64,000 bases of DNA from positions 190,030,001 through 190,094,000 of the forward strand of contig NC_067401.1 of NCBI RefSeq assembly GCF_016432865.1. The letters run 5' to 3'. The stretch is from Antechinus flavipes (taxonomy: Eukaryota). Of this stretch, positions 40,195 through 54,600 are shown in pieces. Each line of letters starts with the position of its first letter. The stretch's first letter is position 1. Both the position numbers and the translations under genes were made by a program. A model generated the notes under the pieces. It did not search any database and was not told the origin of the DNA. It saw only the letters and a program-made list of their open reading frames with translations.

Positions 40195-43100
40195 ATTTCT
40201 GTCACATAATTTGCTATCTTTATGTGAAATTCTGTGATTTGTGTATGTGTGTGTGTGTGTGTGTTTACCCAGCCCTGCCCTTTTCCTAAGCTGGCTCAGG
40301 ATGTGGCCTGGCACCTGGCTCTGGCTCCCTTTGTGTCCTAAATCCGGGAACGCCCCTGAGCATGCCTCACCAACACTAGGGCCCCAGGCCCTGATGCCTC
40401 AATCCTAATCTCCCTATTGGGTCATGCCCCTACTTGGTCTGACACACCCATTCCTCTTCCCCAACCCCTGATGTGTCTACTCCACTTTCTCAGGAATTCT
40501 CAACCGTTGCAGATCCAAGAGGGGCGAAAAACTGCTCAGGTGAGTCTGTTAAAATCGTAGCACCTTACATTACTTAGCTATTTACAATTTACAAAATATA
40601 TTCACATCTATTATCATAGTTTCAACGTTAAAAAATATTACATTGGGGGAAAAACGTGATCAGCTCTACATGTCTAACCCATTGAAAGCCCCCAAGGATA
40701 AAATAGAGAAGAAGCTTTGCTGAACTCCAAATGTAGCATCCAGGGAAAGCAGGAAATGGTAGGAGAGATTACAACCCCTTCTATAGTTTCTGGTTGCAGC
40801 AAGGGTTACTGGGCAAACAAACAATTTGCATGGAGATAGGGAGGACAGAGATTATTTTCCCTGTTTCTTTTAATAAAGAAACTGTGACCCAGAATGTTCA
40901 CAGTCCAAAGTCACATAGGTAACAATCATCAGTTCTGAGACTTGAAACCTAGGCTTCTGCATCTTTAATAATATAATGAACTACCTTACATACAAACACT
41001 CATGAACAAAACCATATAGTATCTACAGACACACATGCCATACCATAATATATGGTATGAATATGTATTATATATAAAATGCATGAATACACCATAAATA
41101 TATAGAAAATGCATCCAAAAATCCAACATGGCACAGTTTTACACATATACAATAATATTATACATTAATACAAATGTATGGTTTGTATTAGTATTGATCG
41201 TATTTATACACACTTATCCTAGCACCCAGACTTAGCACCTGATTCTGTTTCTTCTTCTTCATCTGTATAATGAAAAAATTTGGCTAGATAACCTTTTAAG
41301 TTTCTTTCAACATAAGACTAGAGGCGGTGAAGAGTGGATATTTGTATAGCATTTATATACTATGTACCAGGCATTGTGCTAATCACTTTACAATCATTAT
41401 TCCATTTGATTGTCACAATGACCCTGGGAGATAGGTGCTGTTATTAGACCTCAGCCTCTCTTCTGCATGCATCCCAGGCTGTGGTTGATGCGGCCAACTC
41501 AAGACTTGGAGGAACTGAATTCCCGTCTAGATGTTATCCAGTTTTTCCTGCTGCCTCAAAACCAAGAGATGGCACGGACTCTGCACGGACTTCTGAGCCA
41601 CATCAAGAATGTACCTGTAAGCCAGGAAGGGTAGGAGAAGCGAAGTAAGGGGAGAGATTAGGGCTATCCTGGGAGTTTAGATGCGAGGGTCCCTTTGAGA
41701 AGAGGACCAATGACAGATGTCTGGTTTGTCTGTAGCTTATCCTGAAACGTATGCTCCTGTCACAGACAAAGGTTAGCGACTGGAAAATTCTCTATGAGGT
41801 AAGGATTCCAATTTCCTCCATCCCTGGGTGACTTTTTGCTCCTACTCTATCCCCTACCTACCGGACTCCGGAGAACTTTCCAGACTAAGCCTCATGAGGG
41901 CTGGGGCTCTATCTTCTCTGAATTTAGTATCCTCCAATAACTAACATAATAGCTTCACATTCTTACTCTACATCTTTGTATGTGCTGTTGCATCCATGCT
42001 GGAATTCCCTTCTTTGCCTAGTCAAATCCTCACCAACCTTCCAGGCTCATTTCAAGTTTCACCTTCAGGAAAGCTTTCCTCAACTATCCTGGTTTATACA
42101 AATTATAGGAACATGGGACTCAAAGCTAAAAGGCCGTGAGGCCATTTTCTTCATTTCATAGATAAGGAAACTGAGACTCGTAAGAAAGGACTTCAAAAAA
42201 GGCATCCAAGGTCTTTTTCTCCCTATATGATTTCTTTTAGCGTTAATTATACCACATTAATAATCAGTTATTCTGTACTTCATGTACTAAGATCCCATTC
42301 CCATGCCATATTGGGTTATTAAAGGCCTTGGCATTGAAGCACAAGCTTTGGCAGATCACATCAAACTTTCGAGTATGGGTTCACTTAAGTTCTGCCCAGA
42401 GTCCATGTCTCTCCTAGAAATACTCTTTTCCATAATGTACTTTATGTCTATTATCTGAACAGTCTAACAAAATTAGAGAAGCTTTTTTAGCCATAGCAAT
42501 TAAGATTGTTTATATATCAGATTGAATTATAGAAAGGAATGCTCATACTAAGTTATCTTTAAATCATTAAATATATTAAAATATCTACGTTTATTTGTTA
42601 TATATTTTTCTATATTTACATGTATATATATTTAAATACATTGTATTTTTCCAGCTAAAAAGTAAAAGCTTCTTGAGGGCAGAGATTATTTTATATTATC
42701 TTCTCTCCTGATGCTGAAGTGGCAGGAACTTTTTGAATAGTTGTTCCAAATTGATGTCCTCCAACCTTCTTAATTCTTTCTCACCCAAAGACAATTTCTG
42801 CCAATCTCTGCTCTCCCAAGTAGCACTTCCCTTCTTTACCCACGTCATCCCATGCATGCTTTTCTCTGCTTATATTTGTCTTTTGTTTACATGTCTTTCT
42901 TCATGGCCTTTTCTTTTTTTCTCTACTGTTGGTTACACACTATTTCTCTTTTTCTGTGTCTTTCTTTGTCACCGTTTTTTCAGGGTACTCTAGAAAGCAT
43001 CCCCCCAATTCTTTACCATTTCCTTTGCAGACAGTGTATAGTGCTCTGGGCCTTCGAGATACTTGTCGATCTCTGCCTCAGTCCACCCAGCTTTTCCGGG

Positions 43101-46100
43101 ATATCGCTCAAGAATTTTCTGATGACCTCTGCCACATTGCCTGCCTCATTAACAAAGTGGTAAGGGAATAAAGAAAAAGAAGAGATGGGAGAACAGGGCA
43201 GAGGGATAAAACTGGATGGTGGTATAAGGGGAGAAATTAGCAAAGAGGGAGGAGCAGATTATTAAAGACAGGTTTGTGGGGACTGGAAAAGATGTAGGGT
43301 AAGGGGAAGAGATGAGAAATAGAGCAATAAAACTGGGAGTTGAAGAACAAAAGTGGAAATAGAATGGGATTGGAAGCAGGGAAGGATGGGCTACAGTATT
43401 ATTAGAGATTTATCTGGGAGAAGAGAGATAAAATCCAGAAGGCCCAAGACTATAGTGGGGAGCAGGGAGGAATATGAAGTAGATTTGGGACTATGGGTGA
43501 TAGGAACAATTTCTTCCCATCTAGGTGGACTTTGAGGGCAGCATTGCTGAAAATAGATTCACTGTCCGACCCAACATTGATCCAGATATTGATGAGAGTA
43601 AGTTTAAAGAGAGGGGCCCCATCTTCTTGAAACATAGATATGCTTCATCAAAAGGTATCTGTTATTACTGGAAACCTCCCTCTCTCCCCCTATGACTAAT
43701 ATCTGGAGAAGGGTGTAGGGAGGAAATATCAGTCCTTATTTTTGGAAGAGCAAAGATGTGCAGAGCTCAATAAGGTATATACAATTTAGATCAAAGTCCC
43801 TGTCCCATTGAAGTTTACAGCTCTGTCCTCATCTCAAGGAGAATATGTGAAAAGTACATCTGTATTATTCATTTATTACTTTTTTTAGAGAAACGGAGGC
43901 TGATGGGACTTCCCAGTTTCCTCACAGAGGTTGCCCGAAAAGAGCTGGAGACTCTGGATAGCCGGATTCCTTCATGCTGTGTTCTCTACATCCCTTTGGT
44001 GAGAGAAGAATTATGACATCTCCTTTACAACTCATCCTGATACTTTGGGGCAGTGTTGCACTGGTAAATGTTTGACAACTGGTTCTCCAAGTGGAAAAAA
44101 AAATACACTAACACACTGTTCAGTTTAATCTATATTATTGACATTTTTTCCATTACTTTCTTAAGTCTAGACAATCAACAAAGCAGTATAAGTCAAGTTC
44201 TGATTTTTAATATTTGCCAGTTTCTAGCTATAAATGTACATGCTAAAAATTTAATGTTAGCTTATGCTGTTTCAAGCTGACTCTAGCACAAGTCTGCTTT
44301 TAGGGGACAGAAGTCTTATTCTGGTGGAATATAGATGGACCAGAAACCTCTAGGGGAACTCAATGGATATTGAAAGGAACATTGGGGCCTTTTGGGGAAA
44401 AATGGAAGACAGTCCTTTGAGTTCTCCTGGGATAGTTAAGAAGGTCAAGCCTTAGAATAACTTTTAAATTTATTTTCCCTCATTCACCTCTCTAGATTGG
44501 CTTCCTTCTCTCTATTCCCCGCCTGCCCTTTATGGTAGATCGAAGTGACTTTGAGATTGTGGGTCTAGATTTCATGGTGAGAACCTGGTCCTGTGTGGGA
44601 TAGGGATGGTGGTGAATGAGATGAATTAGGGACCAGTGTGTGGGGTAGCAAAGATGAGGAATGAATTGAGTTAGTGACCAAGACAATTCTATCTCTCAGC
44701 CTCAACCCACAGTTTGATCTTTGTAAGCTTTAGAGCAAAGGGAAGAGAATGAGAATGGAAAGGAAGAAGGAGATGGGAGAGGGGAGAGAAGCCAAAAAAA
44801 AAAATCAAAAGTGCAAAAGAAGGGGACTCCCTATGGAGAAGGGTTGTGAGCACCACTATGGGTCCAATCCGTGTCTCCACAGTTTTTGTCTGACGAGAAG
44901 CTACATTATCGAAGTACCCGAACCAAGGAATTGGACTCTATCCTGGGGGACCTTCATTGTGAGATTAGAGGTAAGTGAAGGGGTGGGTGTTGGCCTAGAA
45001 AATCCTCCTCTTTTCTCTAACTGGATCCTCTCCATCAACTTTTCCTTATCATATCCTATTTTCACATTTGCCTTCTCTGTGTCCCTTGGTCTTCTTCCCT
45101 TTCCCCCCTTTTGGGCTCCCTGTTCCCTACCCAGATGGAGAGACACTACTCATGTACCAGCTGCAGTGCCAGGTGCTATCCAGGGGGGCAATGTTGAACC
45201 GCGTGATAGATCTTGCTTCCCGACTAGATGTCCTACTGGCTCTTGCTGGGGCTGCCCGGGACTATGGCTATTCACGACCCCAGTATTCCTCTAAAATTCC
45301 TGGGGTGAGAATACAAGATGGCAGGTCAGTACTAAATGTTGTGGGAATCAAAATGAGACCACAAGAATGAATGGGCATTATGGCTCTCACACCTTCCTGA
45401 ACATCTGGAAAAATCAAGAACAGGCAATATAATTAACATTTTTCAGGTTCTTTATATTTTTGTAAATATTCATCCACATTTGGGTATCTGCCTGCCAAGA
45501 CAAATCCAAGAACTATATGAACACAATTACAAAACACTTCTCACACAAATAATATCTGATGTAAACAATTGGAAAAATATCAATTATTCATGGTTAGGCT
45601 AAGCAGCAATCAAAACCATTTGGTACTGGTTAAGAAATAGTGGTGGATCAGTGGAATAGATTAGATACACATGACACAAATATCAAGACCTATAGCAATT
45701 TATTATTTGATAAAACCCAAATTCCAATTTCTGGAATAAGAACTCACTATTTGACAAAAATTGCTGGGAAAATGGAAAATAATGTGTCAGAAAATCAGTA
45801 TAGACCTATATCTCACACTCCATAACAAAATAAGATCAAAATAGATACATGATTTGAGCATAAAGAATGATACCATAAACAAATTAGGAGAACAAGGAAT
45901 AATTTACTATTAGATCTTTGGAGAAGGGAGGAATTTATGACCAAAGAACAACTAGAGAATATTATGAAAGGCAAAATGGGCAACTTTGATTACATTAAGC
46001 TAAAAAGATTTTGCACAAAAATTTCTCAATTCTCCTGACTTCAGGACTAGTGCAGATTGCACTGTCTAGCTGCCTCCACAATTAACCTTTCTCTGGCCAT

Positions 46101-48285
46101 TCCTAGACATCCACTGATGGAGTTGTGTTCCCATACCTTTGTACCAAACTCTGCTGAGAGTGGTGGAGACAGAGGAAGGATCAAAATCATCACAGGCCCC
46201 AACTCATCAGGAAAAAGCATCTACCTTAAACAGGTGGAGGGATTCCTTCTTTATGATCTATCACCACTTTCACCACCTGCCTGCTTTAGAGCTTTTCATT
46301 TCTATGCTTTGATCTGGCTCTGGTTCACTTTTTGTTGGTTTTCATTCCTTTCACTCAGTTCCTCCTGAGTCTTTAACTTCAGAGTGACATAGAGATATTA
46401 TTTCAGGGATCTTGGGGCTGGTGTTGGACACAAATTGTTCAGTTCCCCACACACAATCTTTAAAGTTTGTCCATTTTTTTCTTCCACAGTTCCCCGACTC
46501 CTTTAGATATCTTAGCCTGTTTCTGACTTCATCCCACAGATTCTGGTCTTTCTTCATTCCCCAACTCTTATCCTCACTACTTTTCTTTTCTCTTCTCTAT
46601 CTAGATAGGTCTGATTACCTTCATGGCTCTAGTAGGGAGCTTTGTGCCAGCAGGCAAGGCAGAAGTTGGAGCAGTAGATGCCATTTTCACTCGAATCCAC
46701 AATTTTGAGTCAGTCTCCCTTGGTCTCTCCACATTCATGATTGATCTAAACCAGGTCAGAAGGAGCAAAGGGAGCCAAAGGTGGCAAAGTGGATGGGAGT
46801 AATTTAGGGAACTTTCACCCTGAAAACCATTCAACATATGAAACATCCCCTCTTCTTGTCTGAGAAAAAGGGGTGAAAGTGTAGAGTCTGAGGAATGAAT
46901 GAAATTAATCTTCCCATTTCCATCTCTATTATCAGGTAGCAAAAGCTGTGAACAATGCCACTGAGAGGTCCCTGGTCCTCATTGATGAGTTTGGGAAGGG
47001 AACTAACACGGTAAGGCAAGAGTGACTGAGAACCAGGGAAGAAGAGGAGGAACTGGGAGGGGGCCGATGGAAAAAGAAGAAAAGCTACATGGAAATGAAA
47101 GGAAGGGTTCAAAGGAGAATAATGGAGGGAGAAGATAGGAACAGGCTCAAGGAACAGGGAAAGTATAGATCTGTATATGACCTGTAATCCTTATTCTATT
47201 CTCCTATATACCCTCCTCAGGTAGATGGACTGGCACTTTTAGCCTCTGTACTCAGACACTGGGTGTACCAAGGACCCAACTGCCCCCAGATCTTTGTTGC
47301 CACCAACTTTGTGAGCCTCATTCAGCTGCAGCCTCCTGGATCCCTTGTGGAGTATCTGGTGATGATATCAGTCTTACCTTTAAGATGAAAGCATCTTCTA
47401 AATCTAAAATTCAGAACCCCAGTTTGGTAGTTTTTTAATAACAATAATCTTCTCTTCTGATAAACTGAAAGCTAAGGGTGAGAATTATTGCTTCTATCAT
47501 CATTCTGGGAACTTCCCAAAGGCTCTTTTTTGTCTCTACAGTTTGAGGGCAGGAAATGTGTCACCTCTTTCCTCAGTCTCTCAAAGAAGCAACTCATCCC
47601 AGGATGTTCAGAAAAATAAAGTATGTGATAGATTTTTCATTTTTCTCTTCTACAAGACCATGGAGACCTGCAGGGATGGAAATGACCTCATCTTCTTATA
47701 TCAGGTCCGAGAAGGTATTGCAAATGCCAGTCATGCCTCTTACACAGCAGCCCAAGCTGGACTCCCAGCTAAACTCATTACTCGTGGATTAGAGGTAATA
47801 GAATATAGCATCTAGCTCACTAATTCATAGCCTTCTTTCCCCTTGAATCCTTAACTCTTTTCATGGATCCAGGTATCTAGTCTCTAAAATCTCTTAGCCT
47901 GTTTCTGACTTCTTCCCACAGATTCGGGTCTTTCTTCATTCCATAACTCTTATCCTATGTCTTGAAGCACATCTCTTGACCACCCACCCTATCTTGCTTC
48001 TTTTCCTTTTCCAGGTCTCAGAGTTGATCCAAAAAGGAAAACCTATTAAGCCTGATAAAGGACTTTTAAAGGACAATCAGATAGAAAAGTGAGCATCCAA
48101 TCCCAGCTTCTTTGTTCCTTCTCCTCTAGAAAACCAAAACATATTCTTTCCTCCAACACTCTCTCCACTTTAGTTGCCAGGCCTTGGTGGATAAGTTCCT
48201 GAAACTGGATTTAGAAGATCCCGAATTGGACTTGAGCAATTTCATGATTCAACAAGTTCTACCTACGGCTTCCTCTATTCTCTGA
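37307..48285 (+). CDS. MSH5: MutS homolog 5 (meiotic), 24 coding exons, 824 aa
   Basis: Exons 37307-37429, 37545-37668, 37959-38039, 38298-38360, 38577-38698, 38901-39010, 39406-39441, 39763-39845, 40494-40539, 41478-41616, 41736-41798, 43031-43159, 43525-43597, 43889-43998, 44496-44576, 44883-44970, 45135-45324, 46107-46233, 46605-46754, 46936-47010, 47221-47358, 47657-47794, 48015-48088, 48174-48285; 2475 nt, frame continuous. Walker A GPNSSGKS, Walker [10 protein letters not shown]-terminus [17 protein letters not shown] at 48402-48407. Confidence 0.97.
45478..46022 (+). mobile_element. L1 ORF2 internal fragment in an MSH5 intron
   Basis: [40 protein letters not shown] and IKLKRFCT motifs. 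Confidence 0.85.
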
Positions 48286-48837
48286 TCAGCCCTCCTTTCT
48301 CCTGCAGGATATCAAGTGTTCTTTTATCCCTTCTCTTCAACTCCAGATCTCCTACCTCTAACTTTAGTATTGTTTGCCTGAGGGAAAACTATGATTTGAG
48401 GAATAAAATATATAATTTGGAAAAAACCATTGCTTTCCTGGACCCTCTAAAAACAAAGGCAAGTGGGAATTGAGGAATACCAACATCACTAAAATCCTAG
48501 AAGGGTAACATATTACTTTTGAAAGACCATATGGATAAGTCTGCCACTGACTTGTAACCATGATCCAGTTGTTTCCCTTCTCAGGATCTGTTTATCTGCA
48601 ATTGATTTCTAAGATATCTTCCAACTCCAATATTCTATAATTCTGTGAAATCCTTCCAGTTCTAAAACAGAATGTCCCAAAAGGAAATAAATACATGAGA
48701 GGAAAGGTGCAGTCAGAAAGAATGAATGAGAAGCAAAGCGAGGGCTGTGTGGAGGGAGGGTGGCTGGCTGGCTGGAGGGATGTGTCCTCTGGTGGGTGGG
48801 GCTATGCCCTGGGCTGCATGTGTGTATTGGTCTCTGA

Positions 48838-50936
<2,099 letters not shown>

Positions 50937-51667
50937 GGACCTTTTCCATCCACACTTTGGTTGATGAGAGAAGACTGCTAGAAATCCACTACCTTCCTCT
51001 GACCCCATTCTTGCCCAAAATTGAAATGACTTTGCTTGGCAAATGTATAGATATTCCTACTTCTCAGGCCTCACATGGCAGAGAAAAATTATTAAAGTTT
51101 CTTCCTAACTGTCTTAGGCCCTATTTTTAAATCTTCCCGGTATATCCAGTTATATATCCCTTATATCCCACATCCCCAAAGAAAGAAACATCATTTATTG
51201 AGGATTTATTAAGGTCATCTTTCCCTACAAAATGTGGGGAATAATAAAACAGAATAAAAAATAAAACAGAAACTGATTCAGGCCCCACATTAAAATTTCC
51301 ATAATCAACAGTCCCTGGACTAGAGAGAAGGGATAGAGGGAAAGAGGGGGAGAGGGTTAAGGCAACAAAATTAATTTTCTCCAAAAACAAGTCTTTTCTT
51401 TGATTCCCAAAAAAGCTTAATAAATAAAGAGGACAAAATAGTGCAATTTAGGAAAATCTTTCTCTCCCCTGACCTCTTCTTCCACACCAATGCTTTTAAC
51501 TGAAAGAAAACAAAATGAATGCCATGAGTTGAAGGAGAAACCACAACTTCTGGAGGTAGAGGAGGAGCAGGGTCAGAGCCCCTCACTAGTAGGATCTGAA
51601 CAGGTTCATAGACACAGCCTCCCTTTCCTACCCAGCACCATGTTTGGGGATGTGGACAGGAAGGTTA

Positions 51668-54600
51668 TCACCAGGTTGCTATGCTAAGCATCAGCAGCAA
51701 CCTCCACCAAGGCTCAGCTCTAATGGTACCCTCAGCCCCATCCCTTTGTGGCTTCAGAGTAGAAGTGTACAGCTCTGGCCTAGCTATATTGTGACTCGGT
51801 CTTGAGGAGGGGCCAGGATCATCCAGCTGCTCCTGGAAAGAAAAAAGGGGAAAAGATAGGGCATAGCAGTGTATGAAAGAAAGAAAAAAAAAGAGAGAGA
51901 AGATAGGAGAGAAGGAAACAAAGATAGGATAAGAAAGTCAGAATAGAATTGACTTATTTTCACTCACCTAGAACTAAAGTCTATTCCTTATGGTTCAATC
52001 TATCAAAAGGGGCTGGAGAAGGGGCAGGTTTGTCTTACCTGTTGGGAGAAAGACTGCACAAAGAGCTGAAGAAAAGCATGTGCAGGGGGGGAAGAGTCAT
52101 TGGACATGGTTTCTGCTGTCACTATCACTGTCACTAATGAATCCAGTGTGGCTGAGCCTGGAACCTGGAACCAGATTTGCCCCCAGACTGATTCATTCTT
52201 CTCCAGATGAACCCTGTGAAATTAGACACAAGCTGTTCACAACCCTTTTACCGAGATCCTAAGGACCCCTTAGCAAGACATCCCAAACCAAAAAGTAGAG
52301 GTTCAGAATTGATCTGAGCTCCAAAGAAGTAGGTAGGGTTAAGCAGACCAGAACTGACAGAAAATCAGGGGATGGTGTTTAGAATTAGGTCTTAGAAGGA
52401 TGTCCATCAATTGGAGAATGGTTGAGTAAATTGTGGTATATGAATGTTATAGAATATTATTGTTCTGTAAGGAATGACCAGCAGGATGAATACAGAGAGG
52501 ACTGGCGAGACTTAGATGAACTGATGCTGAGTGAAATGAGCAGAACCAGGAGATCATTATATACCTCAACAACAATCTGTTTGAGGATGTATTCTGATGG
52601 AAGTGGATCTCTTCGATAAAGAGAGCCTTAATTGATCAAAGATGGACAGAAGCAGCTACACCCAGAGAAAGAACACTGGGACATGAATATAAACTGCTTG
52701 CATTTTTGTTTTTCTTCCCGGGTTATTTATACCTTCTGAATCCAATTCTCCCTGTGCAACAAGAAAACTTCGGTTCTGCAAACATATATTGTATCTAGGA
52801 TATACTGTAACCTATTCAACATGTAAAGGACTGCTTGCCATCTCGGGGAAGGGGTGGAGGGAGGGAGGGGAAAAATCGGAACAGAAGTGAATGCAAGGGA
52901 TAATGCTGTAAAAAATTACCCTGACATGGGTTCTATCAATAAAAAGTTATTAAAAAATTAAAAAAAAAAGAATTAGGTCTTAGGACTCCTATAATTACCT
53001 AGAGAGGTTGCAGGTGAAGGGAAAGCTGGGCCTGACAGACGCTGTAATGATGAGATCCCAGGGTCCTGAGAAGCTAGAGATTCGGAGGCTGAGCAGAGCT
53101 TGGTGGCCAGGGCTAAGAGGATTAGAAGGACCACTGAGCTGGAAAATGGAAATGAAGAGAGCTTGATTGGGGATAGATCAGCATCTTTCCCTCCTCTAAA
53201 AATTCATAAATTCATCCAATCCTCTCATTTCAGAGATAAAAAAATGTCCAGAAAGGGGAACTTAGTTCAATTCACAAACATTCATTAATCACCTACTATG
53301 TGCAAGACTAAGATGCAATGATAAAAAACGAGTTTATTCATCTTCTTCCCTTTCCCTCCTGCTATAATATAATCTCTAAATCTTACCTCAAGAAGGACAG
53401 GAACCACAATACAAGGCTGAGAGGCTACTCTCTGAAGACTGGATCCCCTATCATCCTGGCCAATCAATTCCAGGAAGAAAGGTCTTTGGATGAGGAGAAG
53501 CTTGGGGTCCAGGAGGGCAGTGAAAAGTCCCCGTTTGGGGATTCCAGTGGTTTCCAAGGCCACATGGCCCAACTCTTCACCCTCTGAGCTGCCCCGAAGG
53601 ATAATGTAAAAATGATTCATCTCAAGAATGTCAGAAACCAATCCCATCACTTCAACTAGAAGCAGAGTGTGGAGACCTAGGTTGGGAAAGAGAAGAAAAA
53701 GGTGTGAAGAGAGAAGATGGACTCCAGTTTTCATGTATCTCTGAGGCCTGGAATAGGTGATTATGGAGGAAGAGTAAGAAAGAAGATTATTAAATATTAT
53801 ACCTGTAACTGGTTGGCTTAGAGGATAAAGGCCAGGATGGGGTCCATTCTCAATAGGAATCCCAAAAGAGAAGAGGAAATCCAGGGAAGTCTTAGCTGGA
53901 AGAGGAAAGAGGCATGTGAGACATTTTTTATTTCCTCTCCAGAGGCTCCCATGTTTCCTGCTATTGTCCCCACTCCTTCAACCTCTTCCTTACCTTTCAC
54001 TCTTACTACAGGTGTCCCCTGTGCTGTGATGGCTATCATCCAGGCCCCAACCTGAGGAGGGTCTTTTAGATTGACTGTCCAAAACTGACCAAAACACTGA
54101 ATATGACCCAGAGGCCCCTGATCCTGATATATATCCTGAGAAATACCTGGAAAACATAATGAGGAGACAATTTATTTCTATCTCATATAGGGACATCTAT
54201 ATCTCATATAGAACAACTCTAAGGGGAAGGACTATTAGGTCTCTTGAACTTTTTTGTTTTTTTTGTTTTGTTTTTTTAATGAGGCAGTTGGGGTTAAGTG
54301 ACTTGCCCAGGGTCACACAGCTAGGAAGTGTTAAGTGTCTGAGATCAAATTTGAACTCGGGTCCTCCTGACTTCAGGGCTGGTATTCTATTCACTGGGCC
54401 ACCTAGCTGCCTTTCTCTTGAGCCTTTTTTGTTACCCTGAGCCAGGCATTCTCCAGCCCAAATCTGATCCCTTTAACTACCGGTCCTCTTTTCTAAGTAC
54501 CTGTGGGGTCTGAGATCCTGAAGGTGCTTATCTCTCCATGGAGATGGATGATGACTCCATGGAGTAGCTTGTCCACATGGAATACGAGAGGTCCCTTACA

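Noticed and set aside
52160-52200. Apparent frameshift in a late VWA7 exon
   Set aside because: Recounting the G5 and C7 runs gives an open frame: [20 protein letters not shown].
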